This document shows, piece after piece, positions 10,992 to 20,699 of a stretch of DNA of 64,000 nt. This stretch comes from a virus (taxonomy: Duplodnaviria > Caudoviricetes). Both the position numbers and the translations under genes were made by a program. Location: positions 1 through 64,000 of IMG/VR virus record IMGVR_UViG_3300037453_000168; one strand, 5' to 3'. The notes under the pieces are model-generated. The model worked only from the letters and a program-made list of their open reading frames with translations. It was not told where the DNA came from and searched no databases. The number at the start of each line of letters is the position of its first letter. Position 1 is the stretch's first letter.

Positions 10992-12263
10992 ATGGCCATA
11001 GGAAGGACGAACATCTCCATATTCAAGTCGCCAGTGAAGGTATGGGGAATCGAGATAGATGAAACGGTATCTGACTGCTATAACATGGTATCGTATCCTG
11101 CGACGCTATCGACAGGGCAGGGGACATACACTAATGGGGCATACGGTGCGACCCCTATGAGCGGTGCTGGAGCGTCATTCAACGTCGGTTCGTGGGGTTC
11201 GGGGAACTATGCCAAGCTGATAGAGGGAATAAAACCCGTTTCATTCAATGGAACAACATGGGCGGATTTGAATAAGACCAGCGAGACGGACTGGCCTACG
11301 GATAGGGACATATTCACGGAGTTCCCGTTCAGATGGCTATCCATCACTAAAAGCGGTAGCAAGATAACAGTAATGATAGCCGATTCACAATATGCTCCAG
11401 ACAGCACGTTCCAGGATTGGGCGTTCCTCGGTGCCGATGGAACGACTAGGAGGTCTAACTTCCACCTTGGATGCTACACGGCGTCGGGTTCGGTCAGCGG
11501 CGTGTTCTCCAAGAAGGGCACGAGCAACCTTGTCAGCACCGCGCTCAACAGGTATTGGGTCGCTGCATCCAAAAGGGGCACGGAGTATGATTGCCTGCCG
11601 TATCAGATGTGGGTGTATCTCCAATGCCTGTTCCTCGTGCTGTATAAGTCCACGAACTGCCAGACCACGCATTCCAAAGGATATAGCGAAGGCGGCAGCG
11701 TCCAGTCCAACTCCGCATTCGCGGACTACGGCAACAACTACGGGATGTACGGGTCCACTTCAAGCAGTACGGCCCAGAACGCATTCTTCTGGCTGCATAA
11801 CCTCTGGGGCAACATGTATCAGTTCAGCGCATCCGTGTTCGTCAGGGCAGGCTCGACCAAGGCGATATACTACTGCCTGAGCGCCATGTCGAGGTCATCG
11901 AACTGGGACAACAGCTCTTGGAATAATACGAGCACATCATACAGGGCGAAACAGACCAATATCGGTGTCGCATCGGGATCTGTAGGAAAAGCTGTAGGAG
12001 ACTATTACACCAAAGCGTGCGGAACCAACGGTGCGGGATTCCTGCCTGCATCCGATTCAGGCACGGGATCGGCGACAACATACTTCCCCGACTATAGCAG
12101 TGTCGGCTCGTACTCATCGTATGCGGTCTTTGCTTATCTTGGAGGCTACTGTGGTAGCGGTGACTACTGCGGGTTATTCTGTGGCTATGTCAGCAATAGC
12201 TCGACCACCGCGGGCGTGTATTACGGCTCGCGCCTTGCATACAGGGGTGGGCCTAATTAGTGA
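10992..12263 (+). CDS. Receptor-binding protein with C-type-lectin/FGE-like C-terminus (DGR-target-like); ends TAG-TGA
   Basis: HNLWGNMYQF and LGGYCGSGDYCGLF..YYGSRL motifs typical of Mtd-like DGR targets. Confidence 0.75.
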
Positions 12264-12272
12264 GGTGATCTC

Positions 12273-12632
12273 ATGATTGGCGGTACGAACGCGAAAGTAA
12301 CGACAGGCGGTGCACCCACAATACCCGTGTCGATATACAAGTATAGGAAATTTCCTAACGAGGTCCAGATTAACCTTTACAGAGGGTCGGATTCGTCTGG
12401 CGAATTGATATTCCATACAACTGTTCCTGCGAGTTCAAATACTGAATATGTATTGGGCGACTACCCTATAGTGCCAGGAGAAGAATATTATATTGATGGA
12501 ACGGGTTTGGAATATATCACGTTATATGAGGTTTATGGCTCCTCTTCGAGCGATTATATTTATCTGTTCCAATATGGTTCATTCACAATGCCAGATTGGG
12601 GCAGTCTTTGCATCCACCTATATGGAGACTGA
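12273..12632 (+). CDS. Small tail-associated protein (paralogue A)
   Basis: MIGGTNA..YRGSDSSG..FTMPDW; SD gaggtga. Confidence 0.65.
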   Translation: MIGGTNAKVTTGGAPTIPVSIYKYRKFPNEVQINLYRGSDSSGELIFHTTVPASSNTEYVLGDYPIVPGEEYYIDGTGLEYITLYEVYGSSSSDYIYLFQYGSFTMPDWGSLCIHLYGD

Positions 12633-12754
12633 TGATATCCTAAACCTTTTAATCCCCTCCCTCGATATTCATCCATGAATCAAAATATCGCACCCTCCCT
12701 CTCAGGGGGGGGGGACAACCATTCTTTGAATAACCACTCCGCAGGGGTGGTCGC

Positions 12755-13114
12755 ATGACCATCGGCGGAACTAATGCGATAATCGTACCTGCATCTCCCG
12801 AACCCGAATCCAAAACGATTCCAGCGTATCTGAATGCGAATGATGGTGCAGCGTCCGTGGTTATGTACGAGGGGTCGGATGCCACTGGAACTATCGTTTT
12901 TAGTAAATCGTCAACGCGCCTAGATTATGTAAGCATAGGGGACATCGTAGTTACAATCGGAGGGACATATTTCATCAAAGCATCGGGGTCGTCACAAACC
13001 ATGCAGCTGAGGAGCGAGGCTTACGGAGCGAATCAGATAGAAATAACGGGCTCTGGAACTTTCACGATGCCTGATTGGGATGCGTTCTATGTCAATGTGC
13101 CGAACATCTTCTGA
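12755..13114 (+). CDS. Small tail-associated protein (paralogue B)
   Basis: MTIGGTNA..YEGSDATG..FTMPDW; clear paralogue of the 12273 gene. Confidence 0.65.
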   Translation: MTIGGTNAIIVPASPEPESKTIPAYLNANDGAASVVMYEGSDATGTIVFSKSSTRLDYVSIGDIVVTIGGTYFIKASGSSQTMQLRSEAYGANQIEITGSGTFTMPDWDAFYVNVPNIF

Positions 13115-13118
13115 ACCT

Positions 13119-13559
13119 ATGTTTATAATGCATAACCGACATATTCGATATGATATTATGGATTACAGAGAGAACGTAACCGCAAGAATCAGACTGCCCG
13201 ATATAGAGCATAATTTCAGGCATGTCTATTTCAGATTCGATTTCAGGAAATCAGTCGTTCCTGCCACGGAGACCGAGCCGGAGCATACGATATGGACTTG
13301 GAACGAATACTATATGCCAGAGAACGAGTACTACATGATATGCTGTGGAGCATACGGGGAAGAATACAACGATGTATTCCGTTCCGTCCAGAGGGAATAC
13401 CTCTACACCTACGCCGACAAGATGATAATGAAGTACACCACCGATGCGCCTGATGAGACCCTCCGCCAGGCATGGGTGGATTACAAGCATTCCGTAAGAC
13501 AGACTCAGTACGGCCCGACCTATCCCGAACAGGTCGAGTATCCAGACTATCCTGAATGA
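13119..13559 (+). CDS. Tail fibre assembly chaperone-like protein (start uncertain)
   Basis: C-terminal WVDYKHSVRQTQYGPTYPEQVEYPDYPE matches the W..Y...LR....P..V..P..P tail-assembly motif. Confidence 0.65.
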   Translation: MFIMHNRHIRYDIMDYRENVTARIRLPDIEHNFRHVYFRFDFRKSVVPATETEPEHTIWTWNEYYMPENEYYMICCGAYGEEYNDVFRSVQREYLYTYADKMIMKYTTDAPDETLRQAWVDYKHSVRQTQYGPTYPEQVEYPDYPE

Positions 13560-13565
13560 AACGAC

Positions 13566-13586
13566 TTCGGAGGGCATACCTCCGAA
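13566..13586 (+). terminator. GC hairpin
   Basis: ttcggagg-gcata-cctccgaa, 8-bp stem after the stop codon. Confidence 0.65.
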
Positions 13587-13632
13587 TCCTTATTTTATAA
13601 ATCCTTAAATCGGGTCATTTTGATGACCCTCT

Positions 13633-14556
13633 ATGCAAAGACCTATGAACTATATCTCGTACAGCGTAGCGAAGGAACTCGCCACATCCTTAGTCCGTTG
13701 CTACAACGACAGGTCGGACACCACTCAGATACTCGAAGACGAGTACAGGAGTCCCGATTGCCGTGATTATGTCAAGCGCATATACACTATAAACTGCGAT
13801 TTCACCAACAACAGGAAGATATCGGAGTTCTCCATCGAGGAGATACATTCTCGGTTCAGGAAGAAGATACTCTCATTATATGACGTATCGAACATGAGCA
13901 TACAGGACGGTGTGTTCTACATCTTCGCAGAGCCTTATGAGTTCTCGATACTCATAACGCCGAGTTCCCCCGACGAGCCTTACGAGGATTACAACGTCAA
14001 CGATGATTCAAAGGTCGCTCAGATTCTATCCATCAATTCGACGGTAAGGCCCATCCTTCTCGCATATCCGAGCATCGAGTCCGATGCCGAGATTGTGACG
14101 GCACGCGCATACAGATGCAACGAAATCAATGCGGATGCATCCACGGGGACAATCCGTGCCAATAGGTTCGTAGGGGACTTCGAGGGCAATCTGGTAGGCC
14201 CGTCCACATCATGCAACGGGAATGCGGTCACATCGAACATGGCGAAGAGGTTGGGGGATGTGTCGGTAGGCTCGAAATACAACCCTATATTCTTGGATAA
14301 CGGACGTGCGACCCCCTGCAACATAAGCAGAGAGGACGTCATAGCGCATTACGGACTCCGTACCGTCGTGGATTTGAACCTATCAGTAGGGGATAACGAG
14401 ATACTGCACGACCTCGATATGATGTATCCGCAGGTGACGGTCTACAATGCAAATGGGGATATCGTACCCGTGAACGTATCATGCGTATCGTCGGGAAAGA
14501 TTAGGATAAATACTCAGACACGCATCCCCAATGCACACGTCGTAATCTCGATGTGA
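13633..14556 (+). CDS. Tail/baseplate-associated protein
   Basis: FVGDFEGN..GNAVTSNMAKRL..VGSKYNPIFLDNG fibre motifs; C-terminal HDL module. Confidence 0.65.
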   Translation: MQRPMNYISYSVAKELATSLVRCYNDRSDTTQILEDEYRSPDCRDYVKRIYTINCDFTNNRKISEFSIEEIHSRFRKKILSLYDVSNMSIQDGVFYIFAEPYEFSILITPSSPDEPYEDYNVNDDSKVAQILSINSTVRPILLAYPSIESDAEIVTARAYRCNEINADASTGTIRANRFVGDFEGNLVGPSTSCNGNAVTSNMAKRLGDVSVGSKYNPIFLDNGRATPCNISREDVIAHYGLRTVVDLNLSVGDNEILHDLDMMYPQVTVYNANGDIVPVNVSCVSSGKIRINTQTRIPNAHVVISM

Positions 14557-14610
14557 TTGTCTTTCTCCCTCAAACCTCTTACCCTTTTATATCCGATGCG
14601 ATAATCACTC

Positions 14611-15018
14611 ATGATATCCGATTTCGGAAACGAGTTCATGCCGAGAAGGGCTACGGACGGCAGTGCTGGATACGACTTCTATTATCCGCATGATACAAGG
14701 ACGTTCGTGCCTGGAGAGATATACGAGATTGATACTGGAATCCATATAGAGGACGGGGACATGAAGAGCAGATACTATCTCGGATGCATGCCACGTTCCA
14801 GCATGAGGAAGAAGTACGGTCTTGACTTCATGGGCGAAATGGTGATAGATGCCGATTACAGGGATTCGATTAAGGTCTATTTCATCGTGCATAGGATTAT
14901 GACTCTGAACAAGGGCGACAGGTTCATGCAGGGAATCGTCAGAGGATTCGAGACATTCCCCAATGAGATACAGCCTACGATGAAACGTACAGGCGGTACG
15001 GGTTCCACAGGAATTTAA
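14611..15018 (+). CDS. dut: Trimeric dUTPase
   Basis: Motifs PRRATDGSAGYDF, PRSS, VIDADYRD, KGDRFMQGI, RTGGTGSTG. Confidence 0.93.
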   Translation: MISDFGNEFMPRRATDGSAGYDFYYPHDTRTFVPGEIYEIDTGIHIEDGDMKSRYYLGCMPRSSMRKKYGLDFMGEMVIDADYRDSIKVYFIVHRIMTLNKGDRFMQGIVRGFETFPNEIQPTMKRTGGTGSTGI

Positions 15019-15490
15019 GTAGTTATTTAAAGCGATTTCAGGATTTACCATCGTAGGGTTCTGGTACATCCTTCCTATTCTGAACCCTACACCATTCAGA
15101 AATTATAGAATATTTGCAGATATTATATAGAATCCGAATCTTATACAATATCTTGAGAATTTGTATAATATTCTCTATATATCAATAATCAATGTTTTTT
15201 TTCAAGATTATAATATTATTAATATGTTTATAATATTATTAATTTGTTTGAATTAAATCGTTTTATTATTATTATACGGATTTTATATAATATTTCGAGA
15301 AATTATATAATATCGTGGTTCTTTAATTTTATATATATATAGATACATGATGAATTGGTAGGCATACTATATCATATCCTACCGCTTATTTTTACAAGAT
15401 TATGTTATAATCTTGTAAAATATGTTATAATCATATTTATCGTGTAAATATTATTAAATACATTTTATTGAATATATCACTCGATATAGT
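15019..15490. other. AT-rich non-coding region, candidate replication origin
   Basis: Very AT-rich; repeated TTATA(T)AATAT units; 14-bp perfect inverted repeat at 15390-15420; 9-bp inverted repeat at 15053-15090. Confidence 0.55.
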
Positions 15491-15838
15491 ATGCCGACCA
15501 TCAAAAGGGATTACCATCACGGGTCTGGTAAGCACTCGGTTCAGTACCCGTCTACTGTTTCGCAGGAACAGTATGATAGATTAGAGGAATTCCGCAAGAA
15601 GGTGTCAGAACGTAAGGGCATTCCTATCTCCAGAGGGCAGTTCATAATGTGGATGTTCTATCGTACATTCACGACCTTCGAGGATTGCGTTGCGATAGAC
15701 GATTTCTGTGACAAGCAGATTTCGGACATAGCGGATGCCGTCGATAAGCTCAACGAGGTCATGCGGAATGCTGGTTTTTTCAAAAATACCTGTCTGATTT
15801 TTGAGGATGGAGAGGACAATGAAGAAAAAGACAACTAA
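15491..15838 (+). CDS. Putative ribbon-helix-helix DNA-binding protein
   Basis: VSQEQYDRLEEFRKK..GIPISRGQFI pattern. Confidence 0.55.
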   Translation: MPTIKRDYHHGSGKHSVQYPSTVSQEQYDRLEEFRKKVSERKGIPISRGQFIMWMFYRTFTTFEDCVAIDDFCDKQISDIADAVDKLNEVMRNAGFFKNTCLIFEDGEDNEEKDN

Positions 15839-15977
15839 GACAGTTTCATTGCGCAACGATACAGTCGATAAGCTCAACGAGTTATCGGCTCTTATGGGCG
15901 TCCCAATGAGTTCGGTGATTGATTTCGCAATCGAGGTCTACTATATCAAAAAGACGGAGGGATACAGTGAGAATTAA
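15819..15977 (+). CDS. CopG-like RHH protein (not in the ORF track)
   Basis: MKKKTTKTVSLRNDTVDKLNELSALMGVPMSSVIDFAIEVY; SD gagg. Confidence 0.7.
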   Translation: MKKKTTKTVSLRNDTVDKLNELSALMGVPMSSVIDFAIEVYYIKKTEGYSEN

Positions 15978-16638
15978 CACAGATGCTCTGGACGATGTTG
16001 AACAGGAACAAGAGGAAGAACACGACCGTGACCCCCTTCTCAGGGATTACCGTCGTAGGAACAAGGCGTACACCCACTTGGATAATTCGCAGTTCAAACG
16101 TTGCATATTGAGAGAGGACTTGGTAAGATTGGCATACACGGATAGGAAATCCGCAGTAGCGTTCCTCAGAGCGCACGAGGATGATTTCAGACGTGCAAGG
16201 TTCGATTCACAGGCCAAGGCGGATATGCATAGCGCATTGTCAAAGGACTACTACGGCATCCTGAACAACTCGGACATAGAGTACATCAAATCGGTCCTCG
16301 GACCGAACGTACCGCCCAAGCGCACCGTTGCGAACACCCAATACTGCACATCCCATGAGTATTACGCCGACCCCAAGGATTTCCGTGGATGGATGGCGGA
16401 GTTGCATGATTCTACATTCGTCAGATTCCGCAAGTGGATGAACGACTCGAAGAATCTGGAACGGTATATGAAGAACCTATCGGATGTGGATAGGGACGTG
16501 TTGTGCGAGGTATTCGAGTATCAGCTACAGCGCAGATACGTGATGGGTTTCCAAGTCAAGGAGGGCCTCGATTTCAACGAGGAAACGGACAGACCTTGGA
16601 TTGACCGCATATAGAACGATTACGGGTTGAAGGCATGA
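15967..16638 (+). CDS. Hypothetical, possibly replication-related; TAG at 16612 backed by TGA at 16636
   Basis: GTG start with SD ggaggg; origin-proximal; read-through adds NDYGLKA. Confidence 0.65.
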
Positions 16639-16675
16639 GAACGGGTATATACCCCGAACCCCTGTCAGGTTCGTC

Positions 16676-17077
16676 ATGGTAGAGTTCAAGGTCGAGGGCC
16701 ATCCACAGCCAGAGGGTTCCCATACCGCCCACATCATAGGCGGTCGTGCCGTGGTGCATCATGTCCGTTCGGACAGATTGACAGCATGGAGGGAATCGGT
16801 CGCGGATGCTTTCAGGAGGTCGGGTGCGAACTACCTCCATGACGAGCCTATCAGAATCAGCATCGAGTTCCATCTTCTAAGACCCAAATCGGTATCCGTG
16901 AGGAAACGTCCGTACATGACCGTCAAGCCAGACATAGACAAGCTGTGCCGTTCCACGATAGACGGCCTGTCGATGGGCACGGCTTTCGACGATGATTCGC
17001 AGATAGTGGAGTTGCACGCATCCAAAATCTATTCCGATTGGGAAGGTGCGGTAATCGATATAGAAAGGTTCGAGTGA
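16676..17077 (+). CDS. rusA: RusA-family Holliday junction resolvase
   Basis: KPDIDKL.R..IDGL..FDDDSQIVEL motif. Confidence 0.9.
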   Translation: MVEFKVEGHPQPEGSHTAHIIGGRAVVHHVRSDRLTAWRESVADAFRRSGANYLHDEPIRISIEFHLLRPKSVSVRKRPYMTVKPDIDKLCRSTIDGLSMGTAFDDDSQIVELHASKIYSDWEGAVIDIERFE

Positions 17078-17081
17078 TTGC

Positions 17082-17372
17082 ATGGTGACCAAGATTGAGA
17101 TAAAACTGCTGTCATTGGATTACAGACTGCGCATGCAGGTTCAGGACGAGATAAACGCTCGCTACGTCGCACTCATACATCCTGACAGAGGATACATCGT
17201 CAGGATGGATTTGGACGATGACGGGGTATCGAGGGAATCAATCATATCCTCGTTATCCGAGGGTTCGCTGGAATTCATAGACACAATCAAGGTGATAGAC
17301 GGGGACAGGCCCGTGGAAAAGCCATCCAGACAGGTGTCCGATTTCGTCACCGCAGATACTCTGATTCGCTGA
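17082..17372 (+). CDS. Hypothetical protein
   Basis: 96-aa ORF in operon. Confidence 0.65.
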   Translation: MVTKIEIKLLSLDYRLRMQVQDEINARYVALIHPDRGYIVRMDLDDDGVSRESIISSLSEGSLEFIDTIKVIDGDRPVEKPSRQVSDFVTADTLIR

Positions 17373-17374
17373 AA

Positions 17375-17400
17375 TAATATATTTTATATACTTCCATATT
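17375..17400 (+). promoter_or_regulatory. Archaeal TATA promoter (AATATATTTTATATACTT class)
   Basis: Same motif recurs at about 35180, 43571, 58558 and 61668. Confidence 0.65.
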
Positions 17401-17412
17401 ATATTTTAGTAC

Positions 17413-17643
17413 ATGGAAGGACATATTTCAACATTGAACATCGGACTTCTTTACGAAATCCATCAAAAGACGTTCAATCCGCAGAGGTACGAGCCTAAGG
17501 ATTTGGACGTGGATTTGCTCAATCTCGAATCGGTAGGATACATCGTCTACAACGGCAATCCCTCCGAGGTCGCTATAACGGAGAAGGGCGCCGAGGATTT
17601 GAAGGCGATTATCACGGAAATGATGGAGGGAGTGGATGGATAA
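17413..17643 (+). CDS. Winged-helix protein
   Basis: LLNLESVGYI..VAITEKG. Confidence 0.7.
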   Translation: MEGHISTLNIGLLYEIHQKTFNPQRYEPKDLDVDLLNLESVGYIVYNGNPSEVAITEKGAEDLKAIITEMMEGVDG

Positions 17644-17647
17644 AGAT

Positions 17648-18565
17648 ATGGAAACGGTGCTTGTGAGCCATTCGGATTTGGACGGCTACGGCAACAACAT
17701 CATAATATAGACCTATCTCGGGCATATACGTTCTTTCAATATCGGATACAGTGATTTGGAGACCGTGTTGGTTGCGTTGCCCGACAACATACAGCTAATC
17801 ATCACGGACCTGTCGATTCCAGAGCGCACATCCCCGATGCTGGAACGTTTCGCCCATGTGATAATAATAGACCACCATATCACGACCCAATGGGCGGTGG
17901 GATGGGCGGAGAGCACGGGCAACGAGGCCATCGTGGATACGTCGAGGTGTGCCACATGGCTGACATACGAGTACATGAAATCGGTCTACGGGTTCGGCTC
18001 GGAGAAGATGACCTGTTGGGCCAGACTCATAGACGATTACGACAGATATGTTCTGCAATATCCCGAATCAAGACGTCTTAACGTGCTTTTCAACATAACG
18101 GCCGACCCGATAAGGTTCGTGAGGGACGGCATGGAGAAACATCCCGAGACATTGCTGAACCGTGAGTCCGATGATATTGATTACTATCTCGAACAGCAGA
18201 GGAAGTACATAGACAAATCGACGATGTTCGTTCTCAACTACAAGCCGTAGGTCGTGATGACCTTCGCTGAAAGGCACAAATCCGCTATGGCGGAGATAGC
18301 GATTGCCGAGGGGGGTGTGGATTTGTTCTACGGTGTAGACCTGCATTCGATGACGGTCTCGATACGTTCGTCTGTGAAATCCAAGATTGATTGCACCAAG
18401 GTGGCGAAGATGATTAATCCCGATGGCGGAGGCCATCGCAATGCCAGCGGTGCATCCATATCCAACTGGTGCGTCGGATGGAACAATGTGGAGGTCGGGA
18501 CATTCTGTATGCCCCTGTCGTTCCCGTCGAGGGACCTGCCTACCTATTCGGAGGAATCGGAATGA
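17648..18565 (+). CDS. DHH/DHHA1 phosphoesterase with two in-frame TAG codons (17708, 18248)
   Basis: SHSDLDG (before TAG1), IITDLS, IIIDHH, and GGGHRNASG (after TAG2) all lie in one frame. Confidence 0.88.
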
Positions 18566-18753
18566 GAGCCATGCGCATAAACGGACACATAGTGAAATGC
18601 AAGATGTGCAGGAAATACAATGCATCTATGATTTATTTGGGTGTGCCCGTATGCAATCGCTGTCTAAGGCCGTTCCTCATGGGATATCTATGCGGTAGGG
18701 CGAAAGCACTCGATTCAGATGAATCGGAGGATTCCCGATGGTAGATGCGATAA
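18562..18753 (+). CDS. Small Zn-finger protein; TAG18742 backed by TAA18751
   Basis: CKMC..CNRC; ATGA overlap with the upstream gene. Confidence 0.6.
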
Positions 18754-19046
18754 TCCGCAGATAGGAGATAATCCTGTTCCTGTATGACCACTCCCCGTTC
18801 GATTCATACACCGCACCATGGTCCACCACTCTGCTGGGATTGTCGGCTCATTACAAGTTGAATCGTACAACCATCAGCAACATCCTGAAATCCCTCATGG
18901 ACAAGGGCCTGGTGGAACGCTCATTCAAGCATACGATGGATAAGGGCATGGTCTCGGACAGGAAACGTAGGACCTGCTATTCTCTGACCAGCGATGGCAA
19001 GGAGATTGCAAAGCGTATAAAGGATATTAGGAGGGATTTGGAATGA
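18738..19046 (+). CDS. Winged-helix (PadR/MarR-like) regulator with in-frame TAG (18762)
   Basis: SD ggagg plus ATG18738; MVDAIIRR*EIILFLY..ISNILKSLMDKGLV..YSLTSDGKE. Confidence 0.75.
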
Positions 19047-19354
19047 CCGAATACCTATGCAACATAAACAGGATTCTGGATACATTCGAGGCCATAATCA
19101 AGCATGATGGGAAGAATCTCGCTGACATCGTGAAGGACGAGGGATGGCAACCGTTGCGTTACCATATCGACGAGTTAATAGACAACGGACTCGCAAAGAA
19201 GTACCGCTACGGATACCGTGAGGTACATCTTACACGCAAGGGATACGAGGTCTACGAACTTCTGAGACAGGCGAAGGAGCGCATGGACGATGACGATGGT
19301 GCCGACGAGTACCATATATTCGTGGATGCAGGCAAGAGAGGGTATGAGAGATGA
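19043..19354 (+). CDS. Winged-helix protein
   Basis: HIDELIDNGLA..VHLTRKG. Confidence 0.7.
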   Translation: MTEYLCNINRILDTFEAIIKHDGKNLADIVKDEGWQPLRYHIDELIDNGLAKKYRYGYREVHLTRKGYEVYELLRQAKERMDDDDGADEYHIFVDAGKRGYER

Positions 19355-19376
19355 CCTTCGAGATGGAGGGGACGGT

Positions 19377-19916
19377 ATGACTGGCAGGCCTACGGACCTC
19401 ACAGGGATGCGCTTCGGCAGGCTGACCGTCGTTGCATACGACGGACACAGGGGCAAGAGGAATTATTGGACGTGCGCTTGCGACTGTGGGGGGACGGCCG
19501 TCACCAGCTCAGGTTCCCTCATGCAAGGGCATTCCCAATCATGCGGATGTCTTCGTCACGCGCCCCGTCCGAACAAGTGCAAACGGCTGGAGCACGACGG
19601 GGAATCACTGACCTATGACGAATGGGCGGACCGTCTCGGAATGAATAGGGACACTATACGCACCTACGTCCGCTCGGGCATCCCTCTCGGCCATCTGGTA
19701 GAGAACGAAGGCCATGTGCGTATGGGGAGGTCGGGATTTCCACCGAGGGTATATTATCACGGCGACGTCGGATAGACCAGAACTGGATGGGCTGGATGTC
19801 TGGGCATCAGCACTACGTCTTTAAATCATCGCATACAGAAGGGCCAGTCCATCGGGGACATCATCGAGGACAGGATGAGGGAGCGCATCGTGCTCACGGT
19901 GGGGAGACCGGAATGA
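19377..19916 (+). CDS. Homing-endonuclease-associated Zn-ribbon/HTH protein with in-frame TAG (19773)
   Basis: DLTGMRFGRLTVV..CACDCG..SCGC; the second xTxxxWAxxLG repeat continues after the TAG; its TGA overlaps ATG19913. Confidence 0.78.
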
Positions 19917-20119
19917 TACTTCACAATCAGATACCAGATAAGACCGCCCTGACCATTGAGAAGGTGGATGAGGGCGAGGTCTATGTCGAGTGCACCATCA
20001 AGGCGATAATCAAAGCCTCGGAGATCCAGGAACTATATGATACACTTGATGCGTGTTGTATCCAGATATTCGATTATGACCACAACGACGGAGACGATGA
20101 AGAGGAGGAAGAGGAATGA
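19913..20119 (+). CDS. Hypothetical protein
   Basis: Coupled ORF, GAATGA junctions. Confidence 0.65.
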   Translation: MILHNQIPDKTALTIEKVDEGEVYVECTIKAIIKASEIQELYDTLDACCIQIFDYDHNDGDDEEEEEE

Positions 20120-20343
20120 AGACCCTCGGAAGGATTTACGGAACAGAGGGGACTTTCCTCGATAGGAATCCTCATTTCAAGGGGTATAATGACAGGATGG
20201 ACCATATCGTGAAATGTCCAGAGTGCGGTCAGGGAATGGCATTCACAGACATTCTCAGAGTCAATCATAAATGGGGATGCCCACTCTGCAACAGATATAT
20301 CAGTCATGTAACGGAGATTGTGAGAAGGGAGGAAGAAGAATGA
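20116..20343 (+). CDS. Zn-ribbon protein
   Basis: CPEC..CPLC; coupled. Confidence 0.65.
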   Translation: MKTLGRIYGTEGTFLDRNPHFKGYNDRMDHIVKCPECGQGMAFTDILRVNHKWGCPLCNRYISHVTEIVRREEEE

Positions 20344-20699
20344 GCGGATACACAGGGCCGATAGGAGATGGGTACGGCTGGCAACCATGCCCTAAATGTG
20401 GGAGGGATGCCTTCATCTCATATAATGGGATGAAATGCAATCATTGCGGATACAACACTTTTCCGAATATAACCACCAGCGACAGAAGTACAGGCTCCAA
20501 TAGGGTCAATCTACCTCTTATAATCGACACTCCCGAACAATACGGCAGGATTGTGACAGGAGAGCAATCCGTATTGGAGGATTTGGTGCATATCGTAGCA
20601 AGGATTGCAATAAAATACCATGCAGACACGGATTGCAGTGACATTTTCGACATGATAGATGCTTGCAGGAAGAAATTGAACATGGAGGGAGAGGAATGA
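20340..20699 (+). CDS. Zn-ribbon protein
   Basis: CPKC..CNHC; coupled. Confidence 0.65.
   Translation: MSGYTGPIGDGYGWQPCPKCGRDAFISYNGMKCNHCGYNTFPNITTSDRSTGSNRVNLPLIIDTPEQYGRIVTGEQSVLEDLVHIVARIAIKYHADTDCSDIFDMIDACRKKLNMEGEE

Noticed and set aside
19787-19912. N-terminal extension of the 19913 gene given by the ORF track
   Set aside because: This sequence is better explained as the post-TAG part of the 19377 gene in another frame.
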